A stretch of 64,000 nucleotides of DNA from a virus. Shown in pieces: positions 10,901 through 21,816 of this stretch. The position numbers were made by a program, and so were the translations under genes. Below the pieces are notes generated by a model that did not search any database, was not told the DNA's origin, and saw only the letters and a list, made by a program, of their open reading frames with translations. Location of the stretch: IMG/VR virus record IMGVR_UViG_3300029286_000012; one strand, 5' to 3'. Each line of letters opens with the position of its first letter. Position 1 is the stretch's first letter.

Positions 10901-13229
10901 AAGTACAGGTACATTAGCAAGTTTAAGTGTATCCGGTAACATAACCGGTGGTAACTTAGTAACCGGTGGTGCAGTAAGTGCTACTGGTAATGGCACATTT
11001 GGTAATGTGTCTGCTACTACGTTTACAGGTTCATTAAGTGGTGTGGCTACAAGTGCCACTACAGCAGGCACGGTAACAACTGCGGCTCAACCAAACATAA
11101 CATCAGTTGGTACACTAACAAGTTTATCAGTATCAGGCAATATTGCGGCAGGTAATGTAAGTGCTACAACATTCACTGGTGCATTAACTGGTCTTGCATC
11201 AAGTGCAACAGTAGCGGCGTCGGCTAACTCAGTAGCCGGCGCTAATGTATCCGGTGCAGTTGGGTTAGCTACGTTTGCAACAACAGCCAACGCAGTAGCC
11301 GGTGCTAATGTATCCGGTACTGTCGCTTTAGCTACAAGTGCAACAACTGCAGGTACTGTAACAACTGCGGCTCAACCTAATATTACATCAGTTGGTACAT
11401 TAACAAGTTTAGCAGTTACTGGTAACATCAGTGCTGGTAACGTAAGTGCCACAACATTTACTGGGGCATTAAGTGGTGCGGCAACTAGTGCTACTACAGC
11501 CGGTACCGTAACGACTGCGGCACAGCCAAATATTACAAGTACAGGTACATTAACAAGTGTTAGTGTAACAGGTAACGTAACTGCAGGTAATTTAGTAACA
11601 GCTGGTATATTAAGTGTTACTGGCACTGGCGTAAGCTCCATTGCTGGTAACTTAGATATGACCAGTAACAATATTGTTAATCTTGCTACACCAGTTAATG
11701 ATGCAGATGCGGCAACCAAAGCATATGTAGATACAGTAGCACAAGGTCTTGATACTAAAGCAAGTGTTGTAGCCGCAACTACAGTTAATATTACATTGAC
11801 CGGCGCACAAACTATTGATGGTGTATCTATTGTAGCCGGTGATAGAGTATTAGTTAAAAATCAAACAGCACCTGCAGAAAATGGTTTGTATCTATGTGCC
11901 GCAGGTTCATGGACACGAACAACAGATATGGCAACTTGGGCACAAGTTCCAGGAGCATATGTATTCGTTGAAACAGGAACTACTCAAGCAGACACTGGTT
12001 GGGTATGCACATCAAATGCAGGTGGAACAATTGGTGTAACCGCAATGACTTGGGCACAGTTTAGTGGTGCAGGAAGTTACACAGCAGGAACAGGTTTAAC
12101 GTTAACTGGTAGTGTATTCAGTGTGAATGTTGCTCAAACACAAATCACTTCAGTTGGTACATTAACAAGTTTATCAGTATCGGGTAACATCAATGCCGGT
12201 AATGTAAGTGCTACAACATTCACTGGTGCGCTAACAGGTCTTGCATCTAGTGCAACAGTAGCGGCAAGTGCTAACTCAGTAGCAGGTGGTAATGTATCTG
12301 GGCAAGTATCTAATGCATTAGTTGCAGGTACTGTTTATACTGCGGCTCAACCAAACATTACTTCATTAGGAACTCTAAGTTCATTGAGTGTATCAGGTAA
12401 TGCTAACGTAGGTAATATAGGTGCTACTAATGGTGTGTTCACAAATGTTTCTGGTAATGGTTCATCATTAACTTCTATCAATGGGGCTAACGTAACAGGC
12501 AATGTAGGGAACGCATTAAATGCATATGCAGTAGCTGGCGCCAATGTATCTGGTGCAGTTGCTTTTGCAACCACAGCTAATAGTGTAGCCGGCGGTAATG
12601 TAAGCGGTACTGTTGCTAATGCAACATTTGCAACAAGTGCAGGTAGTGCAACAACCGCCGGTACAGTAACAACAGCGGCTCAACCAAATATAACAAGTAC
12701 AGGTACATTAACAAGTTTAACTGTATCCGGTGCAACATCTGTAACGGGTAACTCTGCATTAACAACTACTAACTTGACTAGTGGTGCCAATACTACGGCA
12801 GGTTATATTACAGGAACTTGGACATTAACTACTGGTTCTAAACTAAATGCTACATATGCTGACTTAGCAGAAAAATATGTTGCTGATGCAGATTATCTTC
12901 CAGGCACAGTTTTGGTCTTTGGCGGTGAACACGAAGTTACATTATCAACAACTTCAGATTCATTTAGAGTTGCAGGAGTTGTAACGACTAATCCAGCATA
13001 TACTATGAACAATGATTGTCTGGGAGAACTTATTGCTACTATTGCACTGCAAGGTCGTGTACCAGTTAAAGTAATTGGCCCAGTCTTCAAAGGCGATTTA
13101 CTAGTATCAAGTGACAATGGTCACGCTATTGCTAATAATATAGCACGTGCGGGAACCATCATTGGTAAATCACTAGAAAATTTTACAGATACCTCAGGTG
13201 TTATTGAAGTAGCAGTGGGTCGTTTCTAA
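7905..13229 (+). CDS. Long repeat-rich tail fibre/adhesin
   Basis: G/N/T/A/S/V-rich, with about 15 AQPNITSxGTLxSL repeats, a 'DAATKAYVD...[15 protein letters not shown]' fibre motif and a C-terminal 'YADLAE...GRVPVKV.G...KGDLLVSS' chaperone-like domain. Confidence 0.8.
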   Translation: MSQQNIDFGTFPDDPDADAIRTAFQKVQQNFDEIYDSTANAAVLSVNRSQGAGITVNGPTGNVIVSANIASIQFSSVTLKVGTSPSPTTNTASYTNYSQTLYIEIPNNLSIGNITANGFVSATGNLTVANANLGNLATANFFSGSGNNLSNIQGSNVTGTVGNANLAGTVTTNAQPNITSVGNLTSLVVSGNITPTANITYDLGNNTNRFKDIYLANSTIYLGNATVQANANALILTNPIGGQLIVSGNGASYSNSIVNGNSNVDVYLDSNVAISVAGNSNVVIVTGNSVNVNGTINSSNANLGNSVTANYFIGSGANLTNIPGANITGAIGNANVAVTVSDNAQPNITSTGTLASLSVSGNANIGNIGTGLITATGNLTGANLITGGTISATGNANVGNIGAAAGVFTTIDGSLTTAAQPNITSTGTLASLSVSGNANIGNIGTGLITATGNLTGANLITGGLVTATGNITGGNIDTSGNVSGVGNVIGGNLTTGGLVTAIGNITGGNLLTGGILSVGGNANVGNIGGNNAMFTTLTGTLSTAAQPNVTSTGTLASLSVSGNATITNLSVTGNLNAGDIIVGSIANGNSNVDITNTNGNVTISVDGVANVATFTSTGANVTGNITAGNVSATTFTGALTGTATSANTAGTVTSNSQPNVTSLGTLTSLAVTGNISAGNVSATTFTGALSGAATTAGTVTTAAQPNITSTGTLTSLAVTGNISAGNVSATTFTGALSGAATTAGTVTTNSQPNITSLGTLTGLTVNGTANLGSVSNIKIAGTTGFLQSDGNGNLSFASAIIQSIPGAANTVLLSNGANNIIASGNIKFNDPQLDITGNLSVTGNANVGNIGATNIVGTLTTNAQNNITSLGTLTSLAIGGNLNSNSNIVLNNVNANISTLGNMTANVYFGNGSQLTGITVGAGSSIVNGNSNVTVNANSSVTISAIGTPNVVIITNTSANITGNLSVSGNITAGNVTGNVSGSATTAGTVTTNAQPNITSTGTLASLSVSGNITGGNLVTGGAVSATGNGTFGNVSATTFTGSLSGVATSATTAGTVTTAAQPNITSVGTLTSLSVSGNIAAGNVSATTFTGALTGLASSATVAASANSVAGANVSGAVGLATFATTANAVAGANVSGTVALATSATTAGTVTTAAQPNITSVGTLTSLAVTGNISAGNVSATTFTGALSGAATSATTAGTVTTAAQPNITSTGTLTSVSVTGNVTAGNLVTAGILSVTGTGVSSIAGNLDMTSNNIVNLATPVNDADAATKAYVDTVAQGLDTKASVVAATTVNITLTGAQTIDGVSIVAGDRVLVKNQTAPAENGLYLCAAGSWTRTTDMATWAQVPGAYVFVETGTTQADTGWVCTSNAGGTIGVTAMTWAQFSGAGSYTAGTGLTLTGSVFSVNVAQTQITSVGTLTSLSVSGNINAGNVSATTFTGALTGLASSATVAASANSVAGGNVSGQVSNALVAGTVYTAAQPNITSLGTLSSLSVSGNANVGNIGATNGVFTNVSGNGSSLTSINGANVTGNVGNALNAYAVAGANVSGAVAFATTANSVAGGNVSGTVANATFATSAGSATTAGTVTTAAQPNITSTGTLTSLTVSGATSVTGNSALTTTNLTSGANTTAGYITGTWTLTTGSKLNATYADLAEKYVADADYLPGTVLVFGGEHEVTLSTTSDSFRVAGVVTTNPAYTMNNDCLGELIATIALQGRVPVKVIGPVFKGDLLVSSDNGHAIANNIARAGTIIGKSLENFTDTSGVIEVAVGRF
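8933..9293 (+). repeat. Exact direct repeat of about 136 bp inside the fibre gene (8933-9068 and 9158-9293)
   Basis: The two copies are identical at the nucleotide level, 225 bp apart. Confidence 0.85.
9909..10135 (+). repeat. Exact direct repeat of about 86 bp inside the fibre gene (9909-9994 and 10050-10135)
   Basis: The two copies are identical, 141 bp apart. Confidence 0.8.
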
Positions 13230-13243
13230 TAAAGGGAAATTAA

Positions 13244-13867
13244 ATGGTAACGATAGAATTATTAACAGCAATGTGTCCAAAAACAAGACGCTCTACGTTA
13301 GAGGGTTTTGTTGAGCCACTAAACACAGTAGCAGAATACTACGAGATGTTTGAGAACCCACGCAGAGTTGCAGGCTTCTTAGCACAAATTGCACACGAAA
13401 GTGGTGGATTTAATGCTGTAGTTGAAAACTTAAATTATAGTGCTAAAGGATTGATGGGTACATTTAAAAAGTATTTTCCTAACGAAGAACTAGCAAAGCA
13501 ATATGAACGCAAGCCAGAAATGATTGCCAATCGTGTTTATGCTAATCGTATGAAGAACGGTGACGAATATAGTGGTGACGGCTTTAGGTTCAGAGGTCGT
13601 GGATTGATTCAGTTGACCGGTCGTGATAATTATACACGTTTTGCAGAAGCATTAGATATGAGTTTAGAAGATACAGTTAGATATTTAGAAACTCCAAATG
13701 GTGCTGTTGCAAGTGCTGGTTGGTTTTGGGATAACAATAAACTAAATCAGTTCTGTGACCGTGATGACTTTATCACATTAACAAAACGTATCAACGGTGG
13801 AATAATTGGATTAGAAGATAGAAAACATCACTATCATTTAGCACTAGAACATTTGGGCGCACATTAA
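13244..13867 (+). CDS. Glycoside hydrolase family 19 endolysin
   Basis: 'FLAQIAHESGGF..V.ENLNYSA', 'FRGRGLIQLTGRDNY', 'SAGWFW', 'TKRINGG..GLEDR'. Confidence 0.9.
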   Translation: MVTIELLTAMCPKTRRSTLEGFVEPLNTVAEYYEMFENPRRVAGFLAQIAHESGGFNAVVENLNYSAKGLMGTFKKYFPNEELAKQYERKPEMIANRVYANRMKNGDEYSGDGFRFRGRGLIQLTGRDNYTRFAEALDMSLEDTVRYLETPNGAVASAGWFWDNNKLNQFCDRDDFITLTKRINGGIIGLEDRKHHYHLALEHLGAH

Positions 13868-13868
13868 T

Positions 13869-16343
13869 ATGGCACAACCAGTATGGAATACCCCTGCAGG
13901 ATCGATAGGAAGTTTTCCTGCATTATTGCCAATGGCATTTCAATTATCAGCAAGTGCAGTATTACCGGCTTCAAATGTAAATTACACTTTACTAAGTGGA
14001 TCATTACCTAGTGGACTAAGCATTAATGAAGATGGATTGATATCAGGTACACCTACGCTTGTAACCGGGAATACATTGTCTACTTTTGCTGTTAGAGTTA
14101 CTGATAATTTACAAAATATTAGGGATAGAACTTTCTCAATTAACATTTCAGGTTCTGCGATACCGCAATTTACTACGCCCAATGGAAGTTTAATAAGCAC
14201 CTTAGATAGTTTATGGATAAGTATTCCAGTTACATATACTAATCCTAGCACAAGTAATCCCGTAATAGTACAGGTTAAAGAAGGCGCATTGCCACCTGGA
14301 TTAGAAATTGATTTGTTGGGTAATATACGTGGATATGCAACACCACCTATAATAACATTAACTTCACCGTCAGTTATAACTACTGCATCAGATACCACAA
14401 GCTCTACTAACTTAATTACAGTTACATCAACTGTGGGATTTACTATAGGTAGAGCAGTCGTATTCAGTGGAACTACGTTTGGTGATATTAACACTGGTCA
14501 GCAATATTTTGTCAAGTCAATACCCTCATCAACTACATTTACAATTACCTCAACACAAAATGGACCTGAATTAATATTAACGACTGGTTCAGGGTCAATG
14601 ACTGTTACACTACCTACATCATCTACTGGTACCCCTACAATAAGAACATATACTTTTGCATTAGAACTTACCAGTCCCTTAGGCGGAGACATTGGTAATT
14701 ATTCTATAACTGTTATTAATCAAAATACCCCCACAAGTCAGGGTGGACCAGGCAGATTGCCTAATACTAGAGAACCGGTCATATTAAACACAAGACCACT
14801 AACGTTTAATTTAACTAATGATGATCCATACTATGGATATTATATATTGCCACCAGTTGCCCCTAGTCAATCTGCATTTATGGGTAACTTTCAAAGTGGC
14901 GAATATTTTGCATTTAAAATCATAGGCAATGACTTTGATGGAAACCCCATATCATATAATTACTCCGGATTGCCTATAGGATTAACCGGTGATGTTCAAA
15001 CTGGTTGGATAACCGGAACCCCCGCATTAGCAACCACAGGCATAAGTAGTTATAATTTTAGTGTAGGTGTTTATAAATCTGATAACCCTATATATGCAAG
15101 TCCTTTCTTTAACTTCACATATAACTTACAGAAAGAAATTACAGGTACTGTATCTTGGATAAGTGATAGTGACTTGGGACAAATATTTAATGGTACTATC
15201 AGTACATTGTTTGTTAGAGCAGTAAGTGATGTTGAATTAAGTTATAGATTAACAAGTGGTAGTTTGCCACCAAATCTAAGTATTTCAAGTAACGGAGAAA
15301 TTATAGGAAGAGTTGCTGACCAGCCAACTAGTACATATTTAGAACAAAATTCAACAACAGATTTTACATTTACAGTTCAAGCATACAGTGCAGAATTTCC
15401 TGTAATAGGCTCATCTAAATCGTTCACATTAACCGTGTTACAAGAATTCGATCAACCAACAGATACGTTGTACATTCAAGCTACACCTTCACTTAATGAT
15501 AGGCAAATACTTTCTACATTGTTAAACAATACTGAATTGATACCAACTGATTCATTGTATAGAAGTAACGACCAATATTTTGGTAAGGCATCAAGTGTTA
15601 TATATGAACACGCTTATGGCATATATGCAAGTGATATTGAAGAATATCTATCTGCTGTCACACAAAATCATTACTGGAGAAATATTACTCTAGGTGAATT
15701 AAAAACTGCTGTTGCAAAAAATAGTGCTGGTGAAATAATTTATGAAGTTGTTTACAGTGAAGTAATTGATAACTTAGTTAATCCATCAGGTATAAGCATA
15801 CAGCAAGAAATAGTTTGGCCAAGACCCATTGATTTGGGATTAGGGCCATGGTATACAAGTATTACTGATATCTATACTAGTTACAGCGACATATTAGGAC
15901 AAGAATACTATACCAGTTTAACACCGGGCTTTGCAAGAGTATTGTATCCAAACAGTTTATACAATATGCGTAATCGTGTGGCACAGGTTGTGGGTCAAGT
16001 AACGCAAAGTACATTATTACCATTATGGATGACAAGTCAACAGGCTAACGGTAGCACGTTGGGATATACACAAGCTTGGGTTATATGTTATACTAAGCCA
16101 GGACTAGCGAATATTATTAAAACTAACATTGAAACTAATTGGCCGTACACACTAAATCAAATTAATTTCCAAATCGACAGGTTCAGTGTAGATAAGAGTG
16201 TAACTTATAACTATAACAATAGAACGGTACCTGCTAGTTGGTCTGAATTGCCAAGTGCAACACCTACTCCCGATCCATTGAACAGCAAAGATTTCTATGT
16301 TTTATTCCCTAGACAAACAATTTTACCGAATGAAACTCAATAA
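13869..16343 (+). CDS. Virion structural protein with putative Ig repeats (baseplate-like)
   Basis: Repeated 'SGSLP.GL.I...G.ISGTP' He_PIG-like units. Confidence 0.65.
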   Translation: MAQPVWNTPAGSIGSFPALLPMAFQLSASAVLPASNVNYTLLSGSLPSGLSINEDGLISGTPTLVTGNTLSTFAVRVTDNLQNIRDRTFSINISGSAIPQFTTPNGSLISTLDSLWISIPVTYTNPSTSNPVIVQVKEGALPPGLEIDLLGNIRGYATPPIITLTSPSVITTASDTTSSTNLITVTSTVGFTIGRAVVFSGTTFGDINTGQQYFVKSIPSSTTFTITSTQNGPELILTTGSGSMTVTLPTSSTGTPTIRTYTFALELTSPLGGDIGNYSITVINQNTPTSQGGPGRLPNTREPVILNTRPLTFNLTNDDPYYGYYILPPVAPSQSAFMGNFQSGEYFAFKIIGNDFDGNPISYNYSGLPIGLTGDVQTGWITGTPALATTGISSYNFSVGVYKSDNPIYASPFFNFTYNLQKEITGTVSWISDSDLGQIFNGTISTLFVRAVSDVELSYRLTSGSLPPNLSISSNGEIIGRVADQPTSTYLEQNSTTDFTFTVQAYSAEFPVIGSSKSFTLTVLQEFDQPTDTLYIQATPSLNDRQILSTLLNNTELIPTDSLYRSNDQYFGKASSVIYEHAYGIYASDIEEYLSAVTQNHYWRNITLGELKTAVAKNSAGEIIYEVVYSEVIDNLVNPSGISIQQEIVWPRPIDLGLGPWYTSITDIYTSYSDILGQEYYTSLTPGFARVLYPNSLYNMRNRVAQVVGQVTQSTLLPLWMTSQQANGSTLGYTQAWVICYTKPGLANIIKTNIETNWPYTLNQINFQIDRFSVDKSVTYNYNNRTVPASWSELPSATPTPDPLNSKDFYVLFPRQTILPNETQ

Positions 16344-16367
16344 CTAAATACTAGACGGAAAACGAAT

Positions 16368-17399
16368 ATGAGTCAAATAAACACAAATGGAATAAATGTA
16401 AATTATCCTGTACCCGGCGTTAACAATAACAGCCAAGGGTTTAGAGATAACTTTGCCGCAATTAGAACTAATCTGAATACTGCTAGTACAGAAATTACAG
16501 ATTTACAAAACAATGTAGTGGTTAAATCTGCACTAGCCAATACGGTTGTAGATAACAATATGGCTAACACATTGATTAGCAATGCATTGACACGTAGCTT
16601 CAGAGCTAGTAGTTATAATTTGGGTAACAATATTTCTAATTCAATTGTTATCAATGCTAGTTTGGGTGATGTACAATATGGAACTATCTCTGGTAATACC
16701 ACTATTCAGTTTGCAGGTTGGGCACCAGCTGGAACACAAAGTAATCTTCAATTACAATTGAATATCGCATCAAACTCTAATCCAGTTATATCATTACCCA
16801 CACAAGTATCAATTGCAGGTACGTATGGAGTAAAAACTGTTGAAAACTTTAGTAACGCAAATGGTATACCAACTCTAACAGTGCCATATGGTGTTGACCA
16901 ATTAGCATTTAGATTAAGCACATTAGATTGCGGTAACAATATCACAATCGAACCGTTTAATTTGCCTAGACAAACTATGCAGATTCAACAACGCACTCCT
17001 GCCCCAACAGGCTTTCAAGGTGATGTAGCTGGAACAGTATCAGTAGATGCAAATTATGTATATGTATGTACTGACTCATATAATTCTATAGCCAATACTG
17101 TATATGTAACAGCTACTACCACAACTAGTAACAAAGTTACGATTGACAATACTGCCAAAGTTACTGCTAATGATCCTATTATTTTATCATCGAATATAGG
17201 TGGGTTGATTGCTAATACAGTTTATTATGTAGTAGGAATAGCAGATTCAGGAGCACCGGGAAATATATCTGTCAGTGCGACTAGAACAAGTGGTACAGCA
17301 GGGGCCAATGTGGCATTAAGCAATGCATCCGGAAACATATCATCAGTATCTTACAATGGTACTGATATCTGGAAAAGAATTCAACTAACTTCTTGGTAA
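16368..17399 (+). CDS. Virion structural protein
   Basis: N-terminal 'YPVPG.NNNSQGFRDNF..I' fibre/baseplate anchor pattern and a late promoter. Confidence 0.55.
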   Translation: MSQINTNGINVNYPVPGVNNNSQGFRDNFAAIRTNLNTASTEITDLQNNVVVKSALANTVVDNNMANTLISNALTRSFRASSYNLGNNISNSIVINASLGDVQYGTISGNTTIQFAGWAPAGTQSNLQLQLNIASNSNPVISLPTQVSIAGTYGVKTVENFSNANGIPTLTVPYGVDQLAFRLSTLDCGNNITIEPFNLPRQTMQIQQRTPAPTGFQGDVAGTVSVDANYVYVCTDSYNSIANTVYVTATTTTSNKVTIDNTAKVTANDPIILSSNIGGLIANTVYYVVGIADSGAPGNISVSATRTSGTAGANVALSNASGNISSVSYNGTDIWKRIQLTSW

Positions 17400-17411
17400 T
17401 AAATACTAGGG

Positions 17412-17651
17412 ATGCAACATCCTTTTATAAACAATCTGTCTGACAAGTCTCTTGAGGACTTGCAGACCAGTATTACCGATCTAATGAAAAAACTTAACTT
17501 TGCATACAGTATGCAGAACGGCCCTATGATCCATCAAATTTCTATGGTACTTGAAAGCTATAAAGCTGAACATAATAAAAAAATGGATGAGATTATGAAA
17601 AAACAAAATATTCAAACAACAGTTAGTGTTGAAAAAGAGAGCAAAAAATGA
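17412..17651 (+). CDS. Hypothetical protein
   Basis: ORF starts 6 nt after a TAAATA box. Confidence 0.6.
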   Translation: MQHPFINNLSDKSLEDLQTSITDLMKKLNFAYSMQNGPMIHQISMVLESYKAEHNKKMDEIMKKQNIQTTVSVEKESKK

Positions 17652-18244
17652 CTACCAGAGTTAAACGAGAATTTAATTTTGTAGCCGGAATCTGGCTAGA
17701 GGGAGAATATCAGATTGGAATGTACTCGTTCATATTGTTCCTTGAAATAGTAACAGATGACCCGTATGAACAATCCGTGGCACTGGAAAGAATGAAATAC
17801 TTTATTGATGAGGTTGCTACTAACAGCATCTTTATAGAAGCCAGTGATAAGAAAACTATAGATACATTTACCGGATTAGGTATGAAAGTAGGTGTGCTAC
17901 CATTAGAACCATATGACCAAACACTGGCAATAGCACTATTATTAAAAATGAATGCTATAACTGAAAATAAATTGAATATCACACACATAACGTTTAAATC
18001 ACAATTGAGTGATGATGTTGAATATTTGATTGACATTGAAGATGAATTTGAACCTTTTGTTAGTAAAGATAATTGGTGGAATGATAGTGGTTCAAATATG
18101 AGTAATAATAAAAAATCAAATAAAAAAGATAAAATTGTTAAACTTCATAAAGACAATGAATGGACAGAGTTAGATTTGGGTTGGAAACACGTATGTAAGC
18201 CCGAAGCAAGTGAAATTATATTCACATTGGATACGGACAAATAA
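17648..18244 (+). CDS. Hypothetical protein
   Basis: ATGA-coupled ORF. Confidence 0.6.
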   Translation: MTTRVKREFNFVAGIWLEGEYQIGMYSFILFLEIVTDDPYEQSVALERMKYFIDEVATNSIFIEASDKKTIDTFTGLGMKVGVLPLEPYDQTLAIALLLKMNAITENKLNITHITFKSQLSDDVEYLIDIEDEFEPFVSKDNWWNDSGSNMSNNKKSNKKDKIVKLHKDNEWTELDLGWKHVCKPEASEIIFTLDTDK

Positions 18245-18257
18245 CTATCCAAAGTTG

Positions 18258-18286
18258 TTGTGTCCTAGTATAATTTGTGTTATAAT
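18258..18286 (+). promoter_or_regulatory. sigma70-type promoter
   Basis: TTGTGT-N17-TATAAT with an extended TG; ATG 6 nt downstream. Confidence 0.65.
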
Positions 18287-18292
18287 ACACAA

Positions 18293-18799
18293 ATGAAGTC
18301 AGATATTTACGGTCAACAAATTTTTACTGAAGCAGATTTATGTTTATTATATTTGCAAGACCCATTACGCACAATAAAATATGCCTTTGTAGAAAAAGAT
18401 ATCAATTTTGACGATATTCTACAATTAGAAACTACACCTAAACTTGTAAAATATGTTGATCCAAAAACTTCATTAGAAGATTTTGACAATAACAATCAAT
18501 CAAACTGGCATTTACCCATCGAATATTTAAATATGGATATTGCCAAATATGTATTAGACAAGTGCAATACTGAAGCAGAATTGCAACGTGCAGGGGAAGA
18601 ACTAATTAAGTTCCAAGAACGTGAGATGTTTATACTGTTAAAATATCTAAAGTATTTGGTCGACACTATGCGTAGTAATAATATTGTATGGGGTGTAGGT
18701 CGAGGTTCTAGTGTAGCAAGTTTTGTATTGTTTTTACTAGAAATACACCGTATAAATAGTTTGTACTATGACTTGTCTATAGATGAGTTTTTAAAATAA
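18293..18799 (+). CDS. Stand-alone DNA polymerase III alpha (DnaE) palm-region fragment
   Basis: 'YLVDTMRSNNIVWGVGRGSSVASFVLFLLEIH.I' matches the DnaE GRGS motif. The start is moved to ATG 18293, downstream of a sigma70 promoter. Confidence 0.75.
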   Translation: MKSDIYGQQIFTEADLCLLYLQDPLRTIKYAFVEKDINFDDILQLETTPKLVKYVDPKTSLEDFDNNNQSNWHLPIEYLNMDIAKYVLDKCNTEAELQRAGEELIKFQEREMFILLKYLKYLVDTMRSNNIVWGVGRGSSVASFVLFLLEIHRINSLYYDLSIDEFLK

Positions 18800-18808
18800 G
18801 GAAACAAA

Positions 18809-19150
18809 ATGAAAAATTACAGATCCGCAATGGGAAAAACAATTGATATGGCTGCATTAGCCTCACGCAATGAGCATACAAGAGCAGTTGGTAATATGCG
18901 TGTTAATGCTAGGGGTGACACAATTGATGCTACTGGTAGAATTATTAAACCAGTAACTGACAAAGTAAATGAAGCCTATAGTAAAACTGTAGGAAATAAA
19001 TCGGCACAGGTTACAAAAAGACCTGTTACACCTAAACCACAATTCAAAGAAGAACTTACTCCGGCAGAAATTGAATTAGAAGAAAGTTTTGAAGATGATA
19101 TTGAAGTGGAAAAAATTAAAGCAGAAGAAATTAAAAAAGGAAAAAAATGA
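18809..19150 (+). CDS. Hypothetical protein
   Basis: ORF with SD; 'AVGNMRVNARGD' motif. Confidence 0.6.
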   Translation: MKNYRSAMGKTIDMAALASRNEHTRAVGNMRVNARGDTIDATGRIIKPVTDKVNEAYSKTVGNKSAQVTKRPVTPKPQFKEELTPAEIELEESFEDDIEVEKIKAEEIKKGKK

Positions 19151-19524
19151 ACAAATATAGTAAACCAGCGTTTAGTCCTACAAAAGTTGACAAATTAACC
19201 TTCTTTAAGGACCACATTATTGTATCCGATATGAAGTTTGATGAGCGTATCACAGCTGGTGGAATTATTTTAATGGATGACGACAAGAAAAGTTCTGGCA
19301 TTCGACCACGTTGGGCAAAGATTTATGGATTGGGTCCTGATGTGAAGGATCCGGAACTACAAATCGGTAAGTACATCCTCATTAGTCACGGACGTTGGAC
19401 ACGGGGTATTACAGTTGAAACACCAGAGGGCAAACAGACGTTGCGTAAAGTCGATCCTAATGATATACTATTGATATCGGATGAGCCGATGTATGATGAA
19501 ACAATTAGCGACAAGGTATACTAA
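19147..19524 (+). CDS. groES: GroES-like co-chaperonin
   Basis: 'DHIIV...ERITAGGIIL' mobile loop and 'IYGLGPDV...IGKYIL...NDILLI'. Confidence 0.75.
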   Translation: MNKYSKPAFSPTKVDKLTFFKDHIIVSDMKFDERITAGGIILMDDDKKSSGIRPRWAKIYGLGPDVKDPELQIGKYILISHGRWTRGITVETPEGKQTLRKVDPNDILLISDEPMYDETISDKVY

Positions 19525-19817
19525 TGATAAACTGGTTTAGACAAAAATTACATAACTTTATATTCCCCCAGGATACCAATGAGTTAGTAGAAACTAAAAC
19601 TCATAGAGGGCGTGCCCTTATTAGTAGAGGGTCACAACTTGATAATAGAGGAATGAATTTTACAATCCATATGGCTAATGGCGGCTATGTGTTAGAGTAT
19701 TCAACTTACAACGATAAGACAGACAGACACGATAATGCATTACACATTATTAACTCTGATACAGATTTAGGTCAAGGTATCGCACACATCATCACACTTG
19801 AAATGTTAAGAAAATGA
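19524..19817 (+). CDS. Hypothetical protein
   Basis: Translationally coupled ORF. Confidence 0.6.
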   Translation: MINWFRQKLHNFIFPQDTNELVETKTHRGRALISRGSQLDNRGMNFTIHMANGGYVLEYSTYNDKTDRHDNALHIINSDTDLGQGIAHIITLEMLRK

Positions 19818-20737
19818 AGAATAAACTTTGGGTAGAGAAATATCGTCCACACACTGTGCAAGACTATGTGTTCGTTGATGAAAGACAAAAGAAACAAGTA
19901 GAAGGCTGGGTACGTGATGGTAGTATTCCACACTTGTTATTATCAGGTGACCCGGGTACAGGCAAGACCACTCTTGCTAAAGTATTGATACACGAACTTG
20001 GTGTAGAAGAATATGACGTATTAGAAATTAACGCTAGTAGAGAAAACGGTGTTGACAATATGCGTGATAAGATTAATGGCTTTGTTCAAACAATGCCGTT
20101 CGGTAAATTTAAAGTAGTATTGTTAGATGAGGCTGATTATTTAACACAAGCTTCCCAAGCCGCATTGCGTAATGATATGGAAGCATATGCTGATACAGTA
20201 AGATATATTCTAACTTGTAACTATCAACATAAGATTATCCCTGCATTGAAGTCACGATGCCATGAATTTCATATTGCAAAGACAGACCAAACAGAGTTCA
20301 CTGCACGTGCGGCTACAGTATTGGTTACTGAGAATGTTGAATTTGATTTAGATGATTTAGATAGTTATGTTCGTGCAACATATCCAGACTTGCGTAAATG
20401 TTTAAATCAATTGCAGGTTAATAGTAATAATGGCAAATTGATGAAGCCACAAGCACAGGGTAGTAGTGAACATGAGTTATTGTTAGAAGCAACACAATTA
20501 TTTAAAGCAGGTAAGATATTAGAGGCACGGCAACAGTTGATGCAATATATCGCTATGTATCCTACACGTATTGAAGATTGTTATCGTTGGATGTATGAGA
20601 ATTTAGATTTGTGGGGTAACTCACAGGAACGTAAAGATGCAAGCATCATTACTATTCGAAATGGTTTAGCAAATCTGCCACTAGTAGGTATTCCTGAAAT
20701 CAGTTTGGCAGCAACACTGGTGGAGTTAACAGCGTGA
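19814..20737 (+). CDS. Clamp loader AAA+ subunit (gp44/RFC-like)
   Basis: 'LWVEKYRP', Walker A GDPGTGKTT, 'EINAS', Walker B LLDEAD and the SRC motif. Confidence 0.92.
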   Translation: MKNKLWVEKYRPHTVQDYVFVDERQKKQVEGWVRDGSIPHLLLSGDPGTGKTTLAKVLIHELGVEEYDVLEINASRENGVDNMRDKINGFVQTMPFGKFKVVLLDEADYLTQASQAALRNDMEAYADTVRYILTCNYQHKIIPALKSRCHEFHIAKTDQTEFTARAATVLVTENVEFDLDDLDSYVRATYPDLRKCLNQLQVNSNNGKLMKPQAQGSSEHELLLEATQLFKAGKILEARQQLMQYIAMYPTRIEDCYRWMYENLDLWGNSQERKDASIITIRNGLANLPLVGIPEISLAATLVELTA

Positions 20738-21003
20738 GATATTTATTGATTACATTTATGAGAAGACCGGGAGGTCAGATTGATGAGTCAGTTGCAGTAA
20801 GTAAGAAAGTTAAACCAGCAGATTTACAAACCTGTAATGTTATCATTGACTATGCAAAGAAAAAAGTAGACAAGTGTGTAATTGAAGGTAAGGTAGTTGA
20901 TACTGATTTTGATAAGATGAACACATACTATAAGAAAGTATATACTAATCTGATTGAACAATTGGAAAAAGAAGCGGCTATTACCGCAAATTCACAAAAC
21001 TGA
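20734..21003 (+). CDS. Hypothetical protein
   Basis: GTGA-coupled ORF ending at the terminator. Confidence 0.55.
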   Translation: MRYLLITFMRRPGGQIDESVAVSKKVKPADLQTCNVIIDYAKKKVDKCVIEGKVVDTDFDKMNTYYKKVYTNLIEQLEKEAAITANSQN

Positions 21004-21027
21004 AAAAGGGGCTTAAGCCCCTTTTTC
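21002..21027. terminator. Bidirectional terminator
   Basis: Perfect palindrome GAAAAAGGGGC-TTAA-GCCCCTTTTTC between convergent genes. Confidence 0.9.
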
Positions 21028-21816
21028 TTATGCGTACATCTTTAGGATGTGTTCAATAATTTTGTGACGTTGTATGTCACGCATATCAAACTTGCAAGAC
21101 GCTAAACCTGGAATCACCCCCTTTCCACTCTCTAGCTTTGTTAAAAGGTCTAGGAGGCCATTCTCAGGCGTGCGTCTATCTGTCTGTTCTACATCACCAG
21201 TGATGACAATCTTACTACCGATCCCGATACGTGTCATAATCATTTTTAACTGGCTTGGGGTTGCATTTTGAGCTTCATCAAGTACAATCCAACTGTTTTT
21301 AAAGTTGCGACCTCTACAGAACGCTAGTGGAGCTATCTCTACTATTTGTTCTTCTAACATATCGGCAATTTCTTTAGTTGAATAATACTCACGTAATACA
21401 TCTAATAAAGGTCTTGTCCAAGGTTCCATCTTTTGATTGATATCCCCTGGTAAAAAACCATGTTTTTCATCATCAACACCTACTGCGGGTCTGGATAGAA
21501 TAATCCTATCACAGTCTCCGTTTCGCATTGCTTTGATAGCGGCTTGCATTGCAAGATATGTTTTTCCTGTCCCTGCAGGTCCCGAAACCACGACTATATC
21601 TGTCTTGTCATCAAGTAGTGCTAATATGTATTTTTCTTGATTAATGGATTTTGGGATGAGTTCTACGGATTTACGTACCCTTGGTTTTTGCGTTACTTGT
21701 GCTTGTGAAAAGTCAATTGTTTTTGATTCTTTCGTATAAAATGTATTTCCTTCTTTTTTACTGTGTGAGAAGCGTGTGTCCTGTGTTCTTAATGCGCTAG
21801 TTTTTCTTTTGCTCAA
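21028..21816 (-). CDS. phoH: PhoH-like ATPase
   Basis: GPAGTGKT, 'RIILSRPAV', 'GFLPGD', 'RGR', 'LDEAQN', 'TGD..Q.D'. Confidence 0.93.
   Translation of the reverse strand: MSKRKTSALRTQDTRFSHSKKEGNTFYTKESKTIDFSQAQVTQKPRVRKSVELIPKSINQEKYILALLDDKTDIVVVSGPAGTGKTYLAMQAAIKAMRNGDCDRIILSRPAVGVDDEKHGFLPGDINQKMEPWTRPLLDVLREYYSTKEIADMLEEQIVEIAPLAFCRGRNFKNSWIVLDEAQNATPSQLKMIMTRIGIGSKIVITGDVEQTDRRTPENGLLDLLTKLESGKGVIPGLASCKFDMRDIQRHKIIEHILKMYA

Noticed and set aside
8933-12720. Fibre repeats as a CRISPR array or DGR template/variable repeat
   Set aside because: The repeats are in-frame coding units without unique spacers. I saw no adenine-specific mismatch pattern, and no reverse transcriptase or cas gene is in the window.
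8198-14692. Long minus-strand ORFs (e.g. 8834-10234, 466 aa)
   Set aside because: They are antisense shadows of the repetitive, codon-biased fibre and Ig genes, with V/P/L/A-rich translations and no SD or promoter. The same applies to the other short minus-strand ORFs except phoH.
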